From NCBI GenBank assembly GCA_032249615.1, contig JAVVHH010000001.1:1122-65121 (forward strand): a DNA stretch of 64,000 nucleotides. Direction: 5' to 3'. A program made the position numbers and the translations under genes. Below are positions 63,064 through 64,000 of this stretch, piece by piece. Under the pieces are notes generated by a model that was not told where the DNA came from, made no database searches, and saw nothing but the letters and a program-made list of their open reading frames with translations. Source of the DNA: Acetobacteraceae bacterium. GTDB lineage: Bacteria > Pseudomonadota > Alphaproteobacteria > Acetobacterales > Acetobacteraceae. Position 1 is the first letter of the stretch. Every line of letters starts with the position of its first letter.

Positions 63064-63945
63064 ATGAGCCTCGCCTCCATGACCGGGTTCGGCCGGGCCG
63101 AGGGCAGCGTCGGCGGCGTCGCATGGGCGTGGGAGTTGCGCAGCGTGAACGGACGCGGGCTCGAGTTGCGGCTGCGGATGCCAACCGGGCTCGATCATCT
63201 CGAGCCCGGCCTGCGCGATACGGCGGCAACCTCTCTCAAGCGCGGCAACATCAACGGCACGCTGACGATCCGCCGCGAGGACAGGCCGAGGATCGCCGTC
63301 GACCCCGAGCTGCTGTCGGAACTGCTGCGCCTGGCGGCGGAAATCTCCGACCGGATTCCGGGCGCGCCGCCGCTGCGCGCCGAAAGCCTGCTCGCGCTGC
63401 CCGGCGTGTTGCGGGCGTCCGCGCCGGAGGAAGCCTGGAGCGCCGATCTCCTCGCCCATGTGAAGGAGGGCTTCGGTACCGCCCTGGCCGCCCTGGTCGC
63501 CGCCCGGCGGGGCGAAGGCGCCAAGCTGCACGGGCTGCTGCTCGCGCAGCTCGCCGAGGTCGACGCGCTTCGCCGGGTCGCGGTGTCGGAAGCAGCCGAC
63601 CAGCCCGAGCGGCAGCGGCACCGGCTGCTGGAGAGCCTGGCCGGGCTGCTGCGTGATCAGCCCGGCTTGCCGGCGGAGCGCATCGCCCAGGAGGTGGCGC
63701 TGCTGGCCACCCGCTCCGACGTGCGGGAGGAGCTGGACCGGTTGCAGGCCCATATCGAGGCCGCCCGGTTGCTGCTGGCCGAAGCCACGCCCGTGGGGCG
63801 GCGGTTCGATTTTCTGGTGCAGGAGTTCGTCCGCGAGATCAACACGCTGTGCAGCAAGTCGGCATCGGTTCCGCTGACGGCGACGGGTCTGCGGCTGAAA
63901 GCGGTTATCGAGCAGATGCGCGAGCAAGTGCAGAATGTCGAGTAG
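63064..63945 (+). CDS. yicC: YicC-family stress-induced protein
   Basis: MSLASMTGFGRAEG...WELRSVNGRGLE...FLVQEFVREINTLCSKS. Confidence 0.9.
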   Translation: MSLASMTGFGRAEGSVGGVAWAWELRSVNGRGLELRLRMPTGLDHLEPGLRDTAATSLKRGNINGTLTIRREDRPRIAVDPELLSELLRLAAEISDRIPGAPPLRAESLLALPGVLRASAPEEAWSADLLAHVKEGFGTALAALVAARRGEGAKLHGLLLAQLAEVDALRRVAVSEAADQPERQRHRLLESLAGLLRDQPGLPAERIAQEVALLATRSDVREELDRLQAHIEAARLLLAEATPVGRRFDFLVQEFVREINTLCSKSASVPLTATGLRLKAVIEQMREQVQNVE

Positions 63946-64000
63946 CTATCCCGCCCGCCGCGGCGTGTGCTTGGTCCTCGCGGCGCCGTCGGGCGCTGGC
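63935..64000 (+). CDS. gmk: Guanylate kinase, first 22 codons only (continues beyond the window)
   Basis: My translation is MSSSYPARRGVCLVLAAPSGAG, the beginning of the P-loop. It overlaps the yicC 3' end by 11 nt, and yicC-gmk synteny is common. Confidence 0.55.
   Translation, partial: MSSSYPARRGVCLVLAAPSGAG

Noticed and set aside
1-64000. Search for CRISPR arrays, tRNA or rRNA genes, a PpkA-type kinase, and integrase or att sites flanking the T6SS island.
   Set aside because: I recognised none by eye in the intergenic regions or among the ORF products. tRNAscan, Infernal and a repeat finder would be needed for certainty.

Overview
High-GC (alphaproteobacterium-like; taxonomy is inference only) chromosomal segment in three parts. 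(1) 1-7811: a two-partner secretion pair on the minus strand. It comprises a ShlB/FhaC-type TpsB transporter and a giant TpsA exoprotein that runs off the left edge, so it is absent from the ORF track. (2) 7904-38565: a complete imp-type type VI secretion system (T6SS) locus with all 13 core genes (tssA-M, including hcp, clpV, vgrG) plus PAAR, tagF, tagH(fha), tagJ and pppA. Unusual extras are a C-terminally truncated second TssM paralogue, a second TssC paralogue, and a three-gene cargo block upstream of vgrG: a PG-binding/GH73 glucosaminidase, a TM-helix protein with a ParB-like toxin domain, and a SUKH-like immunity candidate. There is also an unknown 196-aa gene between vgrG and PAAR, and a decayed IS110 transposase next to a perfect 38-bp palindrome that splits the locus. 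No PpkA kinase is present. Next to tssA lies a lipoprotein gene overlapping a 1021-aa exported WD40/beta-propeller-caspase (C14) protein, then an HTH-S24 repressor with a GTTC-N7-GTTC (alphaproteobacterial SOS-box-like) site in its divergent promoter region. (3) 43575-64000: housekeeping genes (phnM-like, DUF1489, SDR, purF, cvpA, radA, mlaFE, dnaB, GT9, cfa, rplI-rpsR-rpsF, class II GATase, fabD-fabG-acpP-fabF, mltG, yicC, gmk start). This block is interrupted by a small overlapping two-gene cassette of unknown function fused onto the radA start. I recognised no rRNA, tRNA or CRISPR array. Most long ORFs in the track that lie opposite these genes are Arg/Pro/Gly-rich high-GC antisense artefacts.
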